From an uncultured Verrucomicrobiae bacterium (GTDB lineage Bacteria; Verrucomicrobiota; Verrucomicrobiia; Limisphaerales; Palsa-1400), in NCBI GenBank assembly GCA_963707025.1, contig CAVPOM010000003.1:224001-288000 (forward strand): a DNA stretch of 64,000 nucleotides, in the 5' to 3' direction. Position numbers and translations under genes: made by a program. How positions within the stretch are numbered: the stretch's first letter is position 1; the number at the start of each line of letters is the position of its first letter. Under the pieces are notes generated by a model that saw nothing but the letters and a program-made list of their open reading frames with translations, had not been told where the DNA came from and did no database searches. Of this stretch, positions 55,054 to 64,000 are shown in pieces.

Positions 55054-55767
55054 ATGGACTTGCTTTTGCAATTGCAGCAGGACGTGTGCGACAAGCTGAA
55101 TTCGGAGGCGGCGTTTGAGTATCTGGCGGTGGCGACACTGCGCGGGCATGTGATCGGGAGCGAGATCGAACGGCGGGTGGCGCATCTGACGGGGAAGAAC
55201 GGGCGGAAGGGTTGCGGGCTGACGGTGAGGATGCCGTCGCTGCGGGGCTTGCAGCCGAATGTGGCGCCGGCGCAGGGGGAGGTGGCGGTGGCGGTGGATG
55301 TGGTGGAGGCGCCGGAGATCAATTTCAACGCGGGGGGAACGCGGGTGACGGCGGAGGAGGCGGCGCGGGCGGCGCGGAGGGCGCTGCACCAGTTTGCCAT
55401 CGAGGGGAAAATTCTTCTTTACCAGGATGAGAAGGCGATCGAACCGCTGGCGGGGCTGGAGAAGGAGTTTCCGGGCTGCCTGGGCTACCGGGTGCGGCTG
55501 CGGGGACGGATGAGCGAGGCGGCGGCGGGGAAATGCGCGCAGCCGGCCATAGCGGCGCCGGGGCAGACGGTGAGTTTTTCGACGACGGACGAGGGGGCGG
55601 GGATTTATTACACGACGGACGGGAGTTTTCCGGGGCCGGGGAATTGCGGGGGAACGGCGCTGGTGTATGCGGGGCCGTTCGAGGTGGATCCGGGAACGGT
55701 GGTGCGGTGGGCGGGTTATGTGGAGGGGTTGATGGGGAGCGACACGGGGGAGGCGACGATTGGTTAA
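55054..55767 (+). CDS. Putative tail-completion protein with a C-terminal chitobiase/FN3-associated domain
   Basis: Position in the operon. C-terminal VSFSTTDEGAGIYYTTDGSFP..YAGPF motif. Confidence 0.55.
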   Translation: MDLLLQLQQDVCDKLNSEAAFEYLAVATLRGHVIGSEIERRVAHLTGKNGRKGCGLTVRMPSLRGLQPNVAPAQGEVAVAVDVVEAPEINFNAGGTRVTAEEAARAARRALHQFAIEGKILLYQDEKAIEPLAGLEKEFPGCLGYRVRLRGRMSEAAAGKCAQPAIAAPGQTVSFSTTDEGAGIYYTTDGSFPGPGNCGGTALVYAGPFEVDPGTVVRWAGYVEGLMGSDTGEATIG

Positions 55768-55862
55768 ACGCAGCATGGGGAATGCCGCGTGGATAATGCG
55801 AAAGGCAAAAAGCAGGAAGAAAGACTTGGAGCGGGAGCACGGAGTCAAACACACAATAAATT

Positions 55863-56784
55863 ATGAGCATATCGAGATCATTGCTGGCGGGCGGGCCGGC
55901 TTATGTAAATTTTAACGGGGCGAACATACCGCTGGGGGAGGATTCGCGGCTGGAGATCGCGCCGGTCAACCGGGTGATCAGCGCGGCACTCTACGGGGAG
56001 ATTGACGAGGTCTATGCGGACCTGGTGGTCAAGGGGACGGGGACGCCGCTGACCTACGATAATCTGGCAACGCTGTGGCCGTATTTGCAGCCGACGATCG
56101 GGGGGAGGATTTTCGGGAATGCGGACGCGGCGTTGCAATGGCTGTCGAACAACGGGGACGTGATCACGGTGAGGGCGGGGGCGGTGACGAGGATGCCGGA
56201 ATTAATCCTGGGGGTGGAGAAGGCGGGGATCGGGCCGATGGAGTTTGGCGGGGTGGTCGGCAATGGATTGGATCCGAGCGCGAGCAATTCGTATTACACG
56301 ATAGCCACGGGGCAGACGTTCAGCCCGCCGGCGATTGCGGCCGCGAAAATACCGCGGCAGAAATACACGGCGGGATGGGGAAGCGTGGCGGGGTTCACCA
56401 GTTTCCAGGCGCAGGAGGAGTGGACGATCACGCACGAGTTGAAGCTGGCGCCGGTGAGGATTCAAGGGCGGACGGTGGACATGAAGATCACGAGCTACCG
56501 GGCGATGGCGAAATGCATGCCCGGCGGAGCCGACGATGGCGGAAGTGGACGCGGCGCTGCTGGCGCAGGGAGGGGCGGCGGAGCACGGGGCCAAGCTGAG
56601 TGCGAAGGCGGCGGACCTGGTGATCACGGGAGCGCAGACGGTGAGTGTGACTGTCAAGAATGCGGCGCTGAAGACGGCGGGATTTGTGTTTGCGGGCAAG
56701 GCGCTGCGGAACGGGGAGATCGGGTTTGTGTCAACCATAAATGTGAGCAGCGGGACGGCCACGGCGGCGCTGGTGCTGGGATGA
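55863..56784 (+). CDS. Putative major tail (tube) protein; frameshift at ~56523
   Basis: GGPAYVNFNG start, beta-rich two-lobed sequence. ORFs 55863-56810 and 56536-56784 join as KCMPAEPTMAEVD. Confidence 0.55.
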
Positions 56785-56840
56785 GGAAATCAAGATCCGG
56801 ATCAGGATAAAGCAGGAGGAAGCAGAGGCGGGACCGAGGC

Positions 56841-57251
56841 ATGAAGATAACGATCACAGCGGGGGGAGCACCGGCGTTTGTGCTGGCGGACGACGCGGGC
56901 GGGGCGACGGTGCAGGATGGGTTTTGTCCGAAACAGACGCGGATTTTACAGAGCCAGGGGATGTTCCGGGCGGCCTACAAGGCGAACCTGCCGCGCTACA
57001 ACCTGGAGAACCGGCTGAGGTTTGTGGTGGAGCGGACCTTTGGGACGGTGGAGGCGGCGCTGAGCTTCATCGCCGGCCACGCCGACCAGACGCCGGCGCA
57101 GGGGACGCTGACGGTTTATAATCTGAGCGCCCGGGGACAGAGCCGGCGCAGCCTGGCCAACGCGGTGGTGGCGGAGGTGGAGTGCGTGGAACATGTGGGA
57201 GTGAGCTGCAAGTTTCAATACACCATCGCGGGAAACGGAGCCTGGCAATGA
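56841..57251 (+). CDS. Hypothetical tail-module protein
   Basis: 136-aa ORF with an RBS (GAGG) in the tail region. Confidence 0.6.
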   Translation: MKITITAGGAPAFVLADDAGGATVQDGFCPKQTRILQSQGMFRAAYKANLPRYNLENRLRFVVERTFGTVEAALSFIAGHADQTPAQGTLTVYNLSARGQSRRSLANAVVAEVECVEHVGVSCKFQYTIAGNGAWQ

Positions 57252-57351
57252 ACAGGAAAAGCAATGCAACAGCAGCACCCCCAGGGGAGACAGGGGAGGT
57301 TCGACCCCGCCCCGCCCCTCTCCTGCAGGAGAGGGAACTGAAAATAAAAGT

Positions 57352-57987
57352 ATGAGCGCGATTGGAGTTTTACCGATTCGACTTTTTTGCGATCTGGCGG
57401 CGCGGAATGAGCCGTTGCTGGACGTTAATACCGGGCAGGCGGCGGTTTTCTATCGCGGGGACGACGTGGAGATAGACATCGGGATTGGGGAGGATGGGGC
57501 GCTGCTGGCGCCGGTCTTGTCCAACATAACCTCGGTGACGTGCCAGATTTTCGCCAAACAAAACGATGTCAACGCGCCGATGATGTCCTGCACGGTGGCC
57601 GCGGCCGGCATGAATTTGACGCTGACGGCGGCGCAGTGGGCGGGGAACACGGCGCCCTTTTATCACGCGGCGTTCGTGTTTCCGAATGGGCAGACGCAGA
57701 TCCCGCTCAACGGGGCGGCGTCGCAGAATTACTGGCTGCGCATCACGCTGACGACGGCGGACGCGGCCGCCAAGGTGATCACGCTGCTGGACGGGCCGGT
57801 CACGGTGCTGGACGGGCCGGTGAGCGGGGCCAGTCCGGGGGTGGGGAATGTGCGGTTTACGACGGACGCTTCCGGGAACTGGGTCTTGCAGCTCCGCAAC
57901 GACTCGGACGGGAAGTTTTACACGGTGGGGATTGAGAACGGGGCGGGAGGGATGCCGGGGCTTTACCTCGGAGACACGGGAAGCTGA
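57352..57987 (+). CDS. Putative baseplate/fibre-attachment protein (BppU-like N-terminus)
   Basis: FYRGDDVEIDIGI motif and beta-sandwich pattern before the fibre genes. Confidence 0.5.
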   Translation: MSAIGVLPIRLFCDLAARNEPLLDVNTGQAAVFYRGDDVEIDIGIGEDGALLAPVLSNITSVTCQIFAKQNDVNAPMMSCTVAAAGMNLTLTAAQWAGNTAPFYHAAFVFPNGQTQIPLNGAASQNYWLRITLTTADAAAKVITLLDGPVTVLDGPVSGASPGVGNVRFTTDASGNWVLQLRNDSDGKFYTVGIENGAGGMPGLYLGDTGS

Positions 57988-58016
57988 CTGAAATTTTGAA
58001 TTTTGAATTTTGAATT

Positions 58017-60498
58017 ATGAAAACGGAAAAGAATTTAGGATGGATCGGGCTGCTGTCTTTTTTCACTATTCTCTATTCTCAATTCACCATTCCGCTCCGC
58101 GCGCAGACGCGGAGTGCGGTCATGGTGAGCAACGCCACGGGGCAACTGGCCGGGCCGACAAACTTTTTTGCCGCGAACTCCAATTTGCTGAATCAGGCGG
58201 TCAATACGTCCGGTTTTGGGGGCGGCGGCGGCGGCGCGCCGGGCTTTGACCCCTGCTGGTTTTTCACCAACGCGGCGGGCAAGATTGACCTGGCGCTTTC
58301 GATCAGCAATTTCCTGAACGCCGCCCAAACCGGGTCGGTGAACCTGACCAACTGGTCGGCGCTGTCCACCAACATTTTGACGGCGATGGGTGCGGCCTGG
58401 ACCAATGCCATTGCGGGCGGGACCAACGCGCTCAACGCCGGGCAGTATCTTATCGCCAACGGCGGGACGGGCAACGCCAACACCTTCACCGGCGCGCCGC
58501 TGTTCCAGGGCGCGGGCGGGACGGGACCGGGCTTGGCGGCCACGTTCTACAGCAGCGGGACGGTGACCAGCGCCACCATCAGCAACCACACCGGCACCGG
58601 CACCATGCTCAATTTCGACAACGATCCAACCTCCGCCGGGGAGATCCCGTTCAATTTCGGGGGGGCGCAATACTGGATTGTCTGGGCGACGAGCAACCTC
58701 TGGCAAATCAAGGATCTCAACGGGCAGGCCGTGGCCACGTTCAGCAACCTCAATGACAGCCTGCTCCTCGGCGGAAACCTTTACAGCCCGAGCAACGCGT
58801 CCTTCGGCGGCAACTTGGCCATGAACGGTTCGGCCAGTTTTCTGGGCGCACTGACGGAAAGCAACCGCTATTCCTACCACACCAACGCCACATTTGTGGA
58901 ACCGGAAATCCTGCTCGGCGGCACGGGAACCTTTGCGGAAGTCTTCGAGTTTGGCGGACTGTTTGCCTGGCTGCGCCAGGTGCAGAGCAATACCTGGAGC
59001 GTGACCGATTTGAATAACCAGCATGTCATTGACTTCACCAACCTGACCGACAGCATCGGCCTGCACGGCAATGTCAACGTGGACAGCAATCTCACCGTGG
59101 CCGGCGCGGTTTCGATCACCGGCAACCTCTCAGCGGCCAACTTTGGCACGGCCGGCCAATCCAACGGCCTGCAATTCCTGGGAGGCTCTGGGCGGCCAGG
59201 GAAGCAATGACGTGCTCTACGCGCCCATCACCACCAATCTCCATGAGCGTGCGAATCTGACGGTGGATGGCCTCGCCTCTCTCGGCAACGGCAATTTCAA
59301 GGTGAACACCGCCGGCAATTCCACCAATGCGGGGAGCATGGCCATCCAGGGCAGTTTGACGGCGAGCGGTAGCGTGAACATCATCACCCATGCGATGAAC
59401 GGAACGGAAAAAGTGGACATTAACCTGGCCAACCTTTCGGACACAGACGCCCTGGCCGTCATGTCCGGCAACAACAGTTATAACTTCAATTATCCATCCG
59501 CCGTCGGCCCGGAATTTCAGGTCGGTCCGGGCGGCGGAATCAATGAGGCGTTTGTCTATTACAACGTCACCAACGCCGATGGCAATCTCGCTTTGGCGGA
59601 CAACATCTTCTCTGCGCCCACCTGGAATACGGTCATCCAGACTGGCGGGGCCAACACCACGCTGACCTTGCCGACCTCGACCAATTGGAGCACCTCCATT
59701 TATTCCGGCAACGCCGGTTCGCACGCCGTCAGTCTCTTCGGCTCCAACACCTGCGTTTTCGACGTTTTAAACGACGGCGGCGGCATCGAAACCGTGGTGA
59801 CGGCCGACCACGCCTTTTTTCACATCCTGACCAATGGCGGCTACATCGCCATCACCAACCCCTCCATCTCGGCCGGCCAATATATGAGGCTCTGCTACGG
59901 CGGCTCCAACGGCATCGCCATCCTCAACCTTGCCAACAGCTACCCGACGACCAGCGCCAGCCAACTGACCAGCGGCACGGTGCCGGACGCGGTGATGAGA
60001 AGTTCTGGGAGTTATGGGGATAATGAGTCGAACTATGTCCGCAGCGTCACCCTGCCAGGCGGCGATTTCATGCCCGCGACCAATGGCAATCTGGTCACTG
60101 CGACCAATCTGGCGGGCAGCGGGTTCGGCGCGCTCACCAATGGGCCGGTTTCCTTTGCCACCAATTTTACGGCCATCTTTGGCTCGAACATCTTCCAGAC
60201 CATCGTGCTGCCCAACAAGGACTTTTACCTGAGCGCGGTCAGCTTTGTCGGGGCGTCGCAGTATCCGCAGCCGCTCAATCTCATCCTGACAAACAATGGC
60301 AGCGCCACCACCGTTCACCTGTGGATTCCGACCAATCTTATGGCCTTCAACACCAATTGGACGGTGCTGGGGACCAATTACGAAATCCCCCTGACTAACA
60401 CCACCTTTGGCCGGGTGGCGCACCTGAGCATGCTGGCCCTGGCCCCCGACCCGACCATGCACGCCATCGAGTGGAACCTGGGAGTGACCCTGCCATGA
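58017..60498 (+). CDS. Tail-fibre-like G/N/T-rich protein with an N-terminal signal peptide; frameshift at ~59185
   Basis: ..LLSFFTILYSQFTIPLRA-Q. Internal repeat W.(I/V).DLN.Q.V..F(S/T)NL.DS. SASQLTSGTVPDA fibre-type motif. Confidence 0.65.
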
Positions 60499-60542
60499 CG
60501 GGGAAATGAAAAATGAAAAATGAAAAATGAAAAATTGAAGCC

Positions 60543-61373
60543 ATGAAAAAGATCAGACAGATGGGATCCCGATTCCGAATCGGGAGACCGATAGGCCTGA
60601 CATTCTGCATTTCTGCCCTTGCCCAGGGCAGCCTTTCCCCCGCCGGGATGGTTCCCTATCTGCTGCCCATGCCCACCAATGCAGTGGCTTCCAGCGGCGG
60701 CTACACCAACGTGGCCAACGGCCTGCTGGCCTGGTGGAAGCTCAACGACGGCACCGGGGCCAGCGCGGCGGATTCATCCGGCAACGGCAACACGGCGGCG
60801 CTGGTCGGCACGCCAACGTGGGGAACGGGCGATCTCACCCTCAACGGCACCAGCCAATACGTCAACACAACGGACGGCAACTCGATCAAGGGTTTGGCGG
60901 CCTATAGCTTGTGCTTTTGGATTGACGGCCCGTTGAACAATGCCAATGGGTCGGACCTATGGTGTGAGCACAACAATTCGGGAAGCGAGACGCGCTTTGA
61001 AATCTATGTCAATTACCCGGCCCCGTTCACGCTTTGGGTGGATGGCAGTTCAACGGATGCAGCGAGCACGGCCTGGATTACCGCGACCACCAGCGCCATC
61101 CCGGCGAACACCTGGACGCATGTGGCCGTGACAGTTGACTTGACGGCGGGCAAGGTGCTGGTCTATTTCAACGGCTCGCAAGACGCGACGACCGGAACTG
61201 TGAGCGGCACAACGTTTGTCGGGACCAACCCGCAAGTAGTCCCATGCCTGGGCAATGATCCCGACGGCGGCGGTTATTATTTGCCGGCCACGCTCTGCCA
61301 GGCGCGGGTCTATAATCGCGCCCTGACCGCGACGGAGATAAACGACCTTTTCCACTATGACGCGCATCCTTAA
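60543..61373 (+). CDS. LamG/concanavalin-domain protein with a signal-like N-terminus
   Basis: GLLAWWKLNDGTGASAADSSGNGN, NTWTHVAVT, RVYNRALTATEI. Confidence 0.85.
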   Translation: MKKIRQMGSRFRIGRPIGLTFCISALAQGSLSPAGMVPYLLPMPTNAVASSGGYTNVANGLLAWWKLNDGTGASAADSSGNGNTAALVGTPTWGTGDLTLNGTSQYVNTTDGNSIKGLAAYSLCFWIDGPLNNANGSDLWCEHNNSGSETRFEIYVNYPAPFTLWVDGSSTDAASTAWITATTSAIPANTWTHVAVTVDLTAGKVLVYFNGSQDATTGTVSGTTFVGTNPQVVPCLGNDPDGGGYYLPATLCQARVYNRALTATEINDLFHYDAHP

Positions 61374-62751
61374 GATCGGCTTGACATTCTGCATTCTGCA
61401 TTTTGCATTCTGCATTAGGGCGGCGGGGACTGGCCCGGCCTATCCACTGAAATACAACGCCGGCCAGCATTACCTGGTGGACCAGAACAACGTCCCGTTT
61501 TTCATCATGGGCGACAGCCCCTGGTATCTGACCGAATCGCTCTACCAACCGGACATCCTCTATTATTTGACCAATCGCGCGGCGCAAGGCTTCAACTCGA
61601 TCATCCTGGACATCACCGCCGTCACCGAGGAAAGCGCGCAGTCTTTCCCCAGCCGGACAGGCAACATCTACGGGCAGGACCCGTTCACCGGCGTCATCGC
61701 CGGGCCTTACACCAACCTGGCCGCGATCAACGCCAATTATTTCACCAACGTGGACTGGGTTTTGAAGGCGGCGGCGTCCAATGGCATTTGCTGCTTCATC
61801 TATCCCATGTTTGACGGCGTGCAGGACGGCGGCGAGTGGGGCTGGTATCAGGACGCCGCGCAGAACAGCAGCAACGCCATCTACGGCTACGGCCAGTTCA
61901 TCGGCAACAGGTATGCCGCGCAGCCCAACATCGTTTGGATCGGGGCGGGGGATTTCGACGAGCCGCAGCCCCCCGATCCGGTTTGGACCATCATCGCCAA
62001 CGGCATCTTGTCCAAGGACAGCAGCCATCTCATGACCGCGCAGGCCGCGCCGTTTGAAGCGGCCAAACTCCACTACACAAACACCTGGTGCAACCTCAAT
62101 GACACTTATCCAAGGTCGCCTGGCCCGCAAAACACCACCTACGATTTTGAGAAAACCAACTGGTTCTATTCACCGGTCATGCCCAGCTTCTCGCGTGAGC
62201 CGTGGTATGAGAACGACCAGTGGGGGACCATCGGCACGAACTACTTTGACTGCCGGCGTTATGCCTGGGGATCGGCGACCTTCGGGGCCTGCGGCGTGTT
62301 TTACGGGAACCAAAACATTTGGGCCTTCAACGGCTCGGCTTCCAGCCAGGATTGGAAAAGCGCCATGCAATCCCCGGCGGCCGTGACCAACGTGATCAAG
62401 CTGCTGAACACGCGGCCGTGGTGGAACTTCGTACCCGACTACAACAACGCGGCGGTGAGCGCGGGTTATGGGACTTATGGCCAGGAGGCTTACGTGACGG
62501 CCATGCGCGAGGCCAGCGGGCAGGGGATCATTGCTTATGTTCCGTTTGGCACCATGACACCGACGGTGGCCATGAATCAATTGGCTGGATGGTCGGCGAC
62601 GGCCTGGTGGTATAATCCCCGGACCGGCGCGGGCACGGCCATCGGCGCCTATGCCACGAGCGGGACGCAGACTTTCACGCCGCCAGACACCAATGACTGG
62701 GTGCTGGTGATAGACTCGGTGCTGGCGCGGAGCGCGGGGGTTCACCCATGA
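61357..62751 (+). CDS. DUF4038/GH140-like glycoside hydrolase with a C-terminal collagen-binding-like domain; signal peptide
   Basis: YLVDQNNVPFFIMGDSPW, RAAQGFN, GNRYAAQPNIVWIGAGD, EPWYE, AWWYNPRTG, FTPP..DWVLVI. Confidence 0.8.
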   Translation: MTRILKIGLTFCILHFAFCIRAAGTGPAYPLKYNAGQHYLVDQNNVPFFIMGDSPWYLTESLYQPDILYYLTNRAAQGFNSIILDITAVTEESAQSFPSRTGNIYGQDPFTGVIAGPYTNLAAINANYFTNVDWVLKAAASNGICCFIYPMFDGVQDGGEWGWYQDAAQNSSNAIYGYGQFIGNRYAAQPNIVWIGAGDFDEPQPPDPVWTIIANGILSKDSSHLMTAQAAPFEAAKLHYTNTWCNLNDTYPRSPGPQNTTYDFEKTNWFYSPVMPSFSREPWYENDQWGTIGTNYFDCRRYAWGSATFGACGVFYGNQNIWAFNGSASSQDWKSAMQSPAAVTNVIKLLNTRPWWNFVPDYNNAAVSAGYGTYGQEAYVTAMREASGQGIIAYVPFGTMTPTVAMNQLAGWSATAWWYNPRTGAGTAIGAYATSGTQTFTPPDTNDWVLVIDSVLARSAGVHP

Positions 62752-62906
62752 GAAAAATCGGATTGACAAGATGGATGGGACTGATGGGATTGATGGGAGC
62801 GATGGGAGCCATGGGAGCAATGGGAGCGATGGGAGTGATGATGGCCGGCGGGGCGGGCCGGCGCCGCAATAACAGGCCAGGTGGAGATGGAGGAGAATAT
62901 GTCTGA
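62748..62906 (+). pseudogene. Orphan signal-peptide ORF (52 aa) built from a 9-nt repeat
   Basis: MRKIGLTRW(MGL)2(MGA)4MGVMMAGGAG... The ATG overlaps the upstream stop. No mature domain follows. Confidence 0.45.
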
Positions 62907-63693
62907 AGAAGGCCCGGAGTTTGAAGTTCGTGTGGAGACGGCGCTGGAACTGGCCGGGGCGGAGGAGGGGGCGGCGGAGCTGGAGAGGGCCATCGGGAAG
63001 GCCAAGGCGGTGGGCCGGAATTTTGGCCGGTTGGCAAAGCAACTGGCCAGGGCCAGGGAAGGGGTGAGGCGGTTTCGCCTGGCACACCCAGGCGGAGGCG
63101 CCGGGGCGGTGGAGACAAGGCAGAATGCATCGTCCTGCGCAGAGGCTTCCACCTTGGCCGGGCCTACGGTGGACAGGACGGAGGACAGGACGGCGGAGGA
63201 GAAAGGGCAAGGGCAGCATGAAAAGCAGGGGAGGGATTACGAATTGGAAGAGGGAACGAGTCACGGCTCGACGGAGTCTCGCCCTACCGGGGCGGAAGGA
63301 GGGCAGGAGGGCAAAGGGACTGAGGCAAGACAAAATGCATCCTCTCCCGCCGGGCCTTCCACCTGCGCCGGGGCTTCGGAGGACAGGACGGCGGACGAGA
63401 ACGGCCAAGGGCAGAATGAAAACGAGGAGAGGGATTACGGATTGGAAGAGGGAACGAGTCACGGCTCGACCGAGCCCCGCCCGGCCGGAGCGGGAGGCGG
63501 CGATGGTGGAGACGGGAGGATGGCAGAGGCGGGCCGGCGGGAGGTGGAGGCGATGGTGCGGCAGGCGATGGAGGAGCGGGAAAGGACGCGGCCACAAAGG
63601 GAAAACCGGCCGGAGGAGGAGGCGCGGGTGGCGGCGCTGGAGTCGCGGCTGCGGTGGCTGGAGGAACGGACGAGGATTGGCCGGGATTTCTGA
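62881..63693 (+). CDS. Collapsed tape-measure-like protein whose middle consists of two ~190-bp REP-derived repeats
   Basis: Helical A/E/R-rich ends. Imperfect repeats at ~63112-63300 and ~63322-63497. Confidence 0.45.
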   Translation: MEMEENMSEEGPEFEVRVETALELAGAEEGAAELERAIGKAKAVGRNFGRLAKQLARAREGVRRFRLAHPGGGAGAVETRQNASSCAEASTLAGPTVDRTEDRTAEEKGQGQHEKQGRDYELEEGTSHGSTESRPTGAEGGQEGKGTEARQNASSPAGPSTCAGASEDRTADENGQGQNENEERDYGLEEGTSHGSTEPRPAGAGGGDGGDGRMAEAGRREVEAMVRQAMEERERTRPQRENRPEEEARVAALESRLRWLEERTRIGRDF

Positions 63694-63846
63694 AATGAAA
63701 AATGCAGCATGAAAAATGAAAAGACTTATACGACGCTGACTTTTGCAGGGGTGGAACAGTGCCTGGGCGACCCTCCTGAGCTAAAGCTTCCTCCTTCGCC
63801 GGGCCTACGGAGGACGGGACGGAGGGCAGATTGGGGGATCTGAGCC

Positions 63847-64000
63847 GTGACCTATACCACACTGACATACAATGGGACGGAGAAGTCGCTGGCTGATTGG
63901 GGGATCGGCAAGTGGCGGCGCGAGGCCTTTAACCAGGCGAGCGATTCGTTCGCATTCGATCTGCTGGCCGCGACGGACGCGGCGGAGATTCTCCCCTATG
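63847..64000 (+). CDS. Tail protein, 5' part (runs off window)
   Basis: GTG start, VTYTTLTYNGTEKSLADWGIGKWRREAFNQASDSF. A truncated paralogous start lies at 63709-63843. Confidence 0.55.
   Translation, partial: MTYTTLTYNGTEKSLADWGIGKWRREAFNQASDSFAFDLLAATDAAEILPY

Larger units (their letters stand above)
44992..64000 (+). mobile_element. Phage-derived late operon (lysis-packaging-head-tail), prophage remnant or GTA-like; continues past the window end
   Basis: Co-oriented terminase, portal, protease, capsid, connector and tail genes. No integrase, transposase, repressor or replication genes at its left edge. Confidence 0.85.

Noticed and set aside
55863..57987. Contractile injection system / tailocin
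   Set aside because: No sheath or baseplate-wedge genes recognised. Terminase, portal and capsid indicate a DNA-packaging particle.
5407..60498. Frameshifts in the LamG giant (2), GH92, antiporter, MFP, capsid, tail tube and fibre genes as real pseudogenisation or programmed recoding
   Set aside because: Single-base shifts, mostly at short homopolymers or GC runs, in otherwise intact genes, including housekeeping ones. No slippery heptamers. Long-read error is the simplest explanation, pending read polishing.

Overview
GC-rich bacterial window, most likely from a Verrucomicrobiota genome (inferred from a DUF5069-like gene, an FYRL-tailed giant secreted protein and ARC/Dop genes). 1-4.8 kb: an IS3 inserted into a DNA methyltransferase/endonuclease gene, followed by orphan Mu-like phage genes (MuF, HTH, gp27-like). 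5.4-18.8 kb: a giant LamG/Ig/lectin surface protein, a BSP-family peptidase, a GH92 mannosidase and tdh-kbl. 19-28.5 kb: a decayed restriction-modification island. It holds a type IIG RM gene split by an IS4 that itself carries a nested IS3, a second RM fragment split by a third IS3, and a tandem duplication with a 650-bp period. 28.5-44.5 kb: housekeeping genes (XRE-cupin regulator, waaA, antiporter, ARC ATPase + Dop, DUF5069, DUF971, pyrF, USP, RND pump), including a probable leader-peptide attenuator. 45-64 kb: a late-genes-only phage-like operon with Mu gp25-28-type packaging genes, an HK97-type portal-protease fusion and capsid, tail genes, a lipase where an endolysin is expected, and several signal-peptide-bearing proteins. 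It is densely invaded, often in frame, by host-type REP palindromes and 6-9-nt microsatellites, which makes it a candidate domesticated GTA-like particle. About nine single-base frameshifts in otherwise intact genes are probably long-read indel errors. All family calls come from motif recognition by eye, not database searches.
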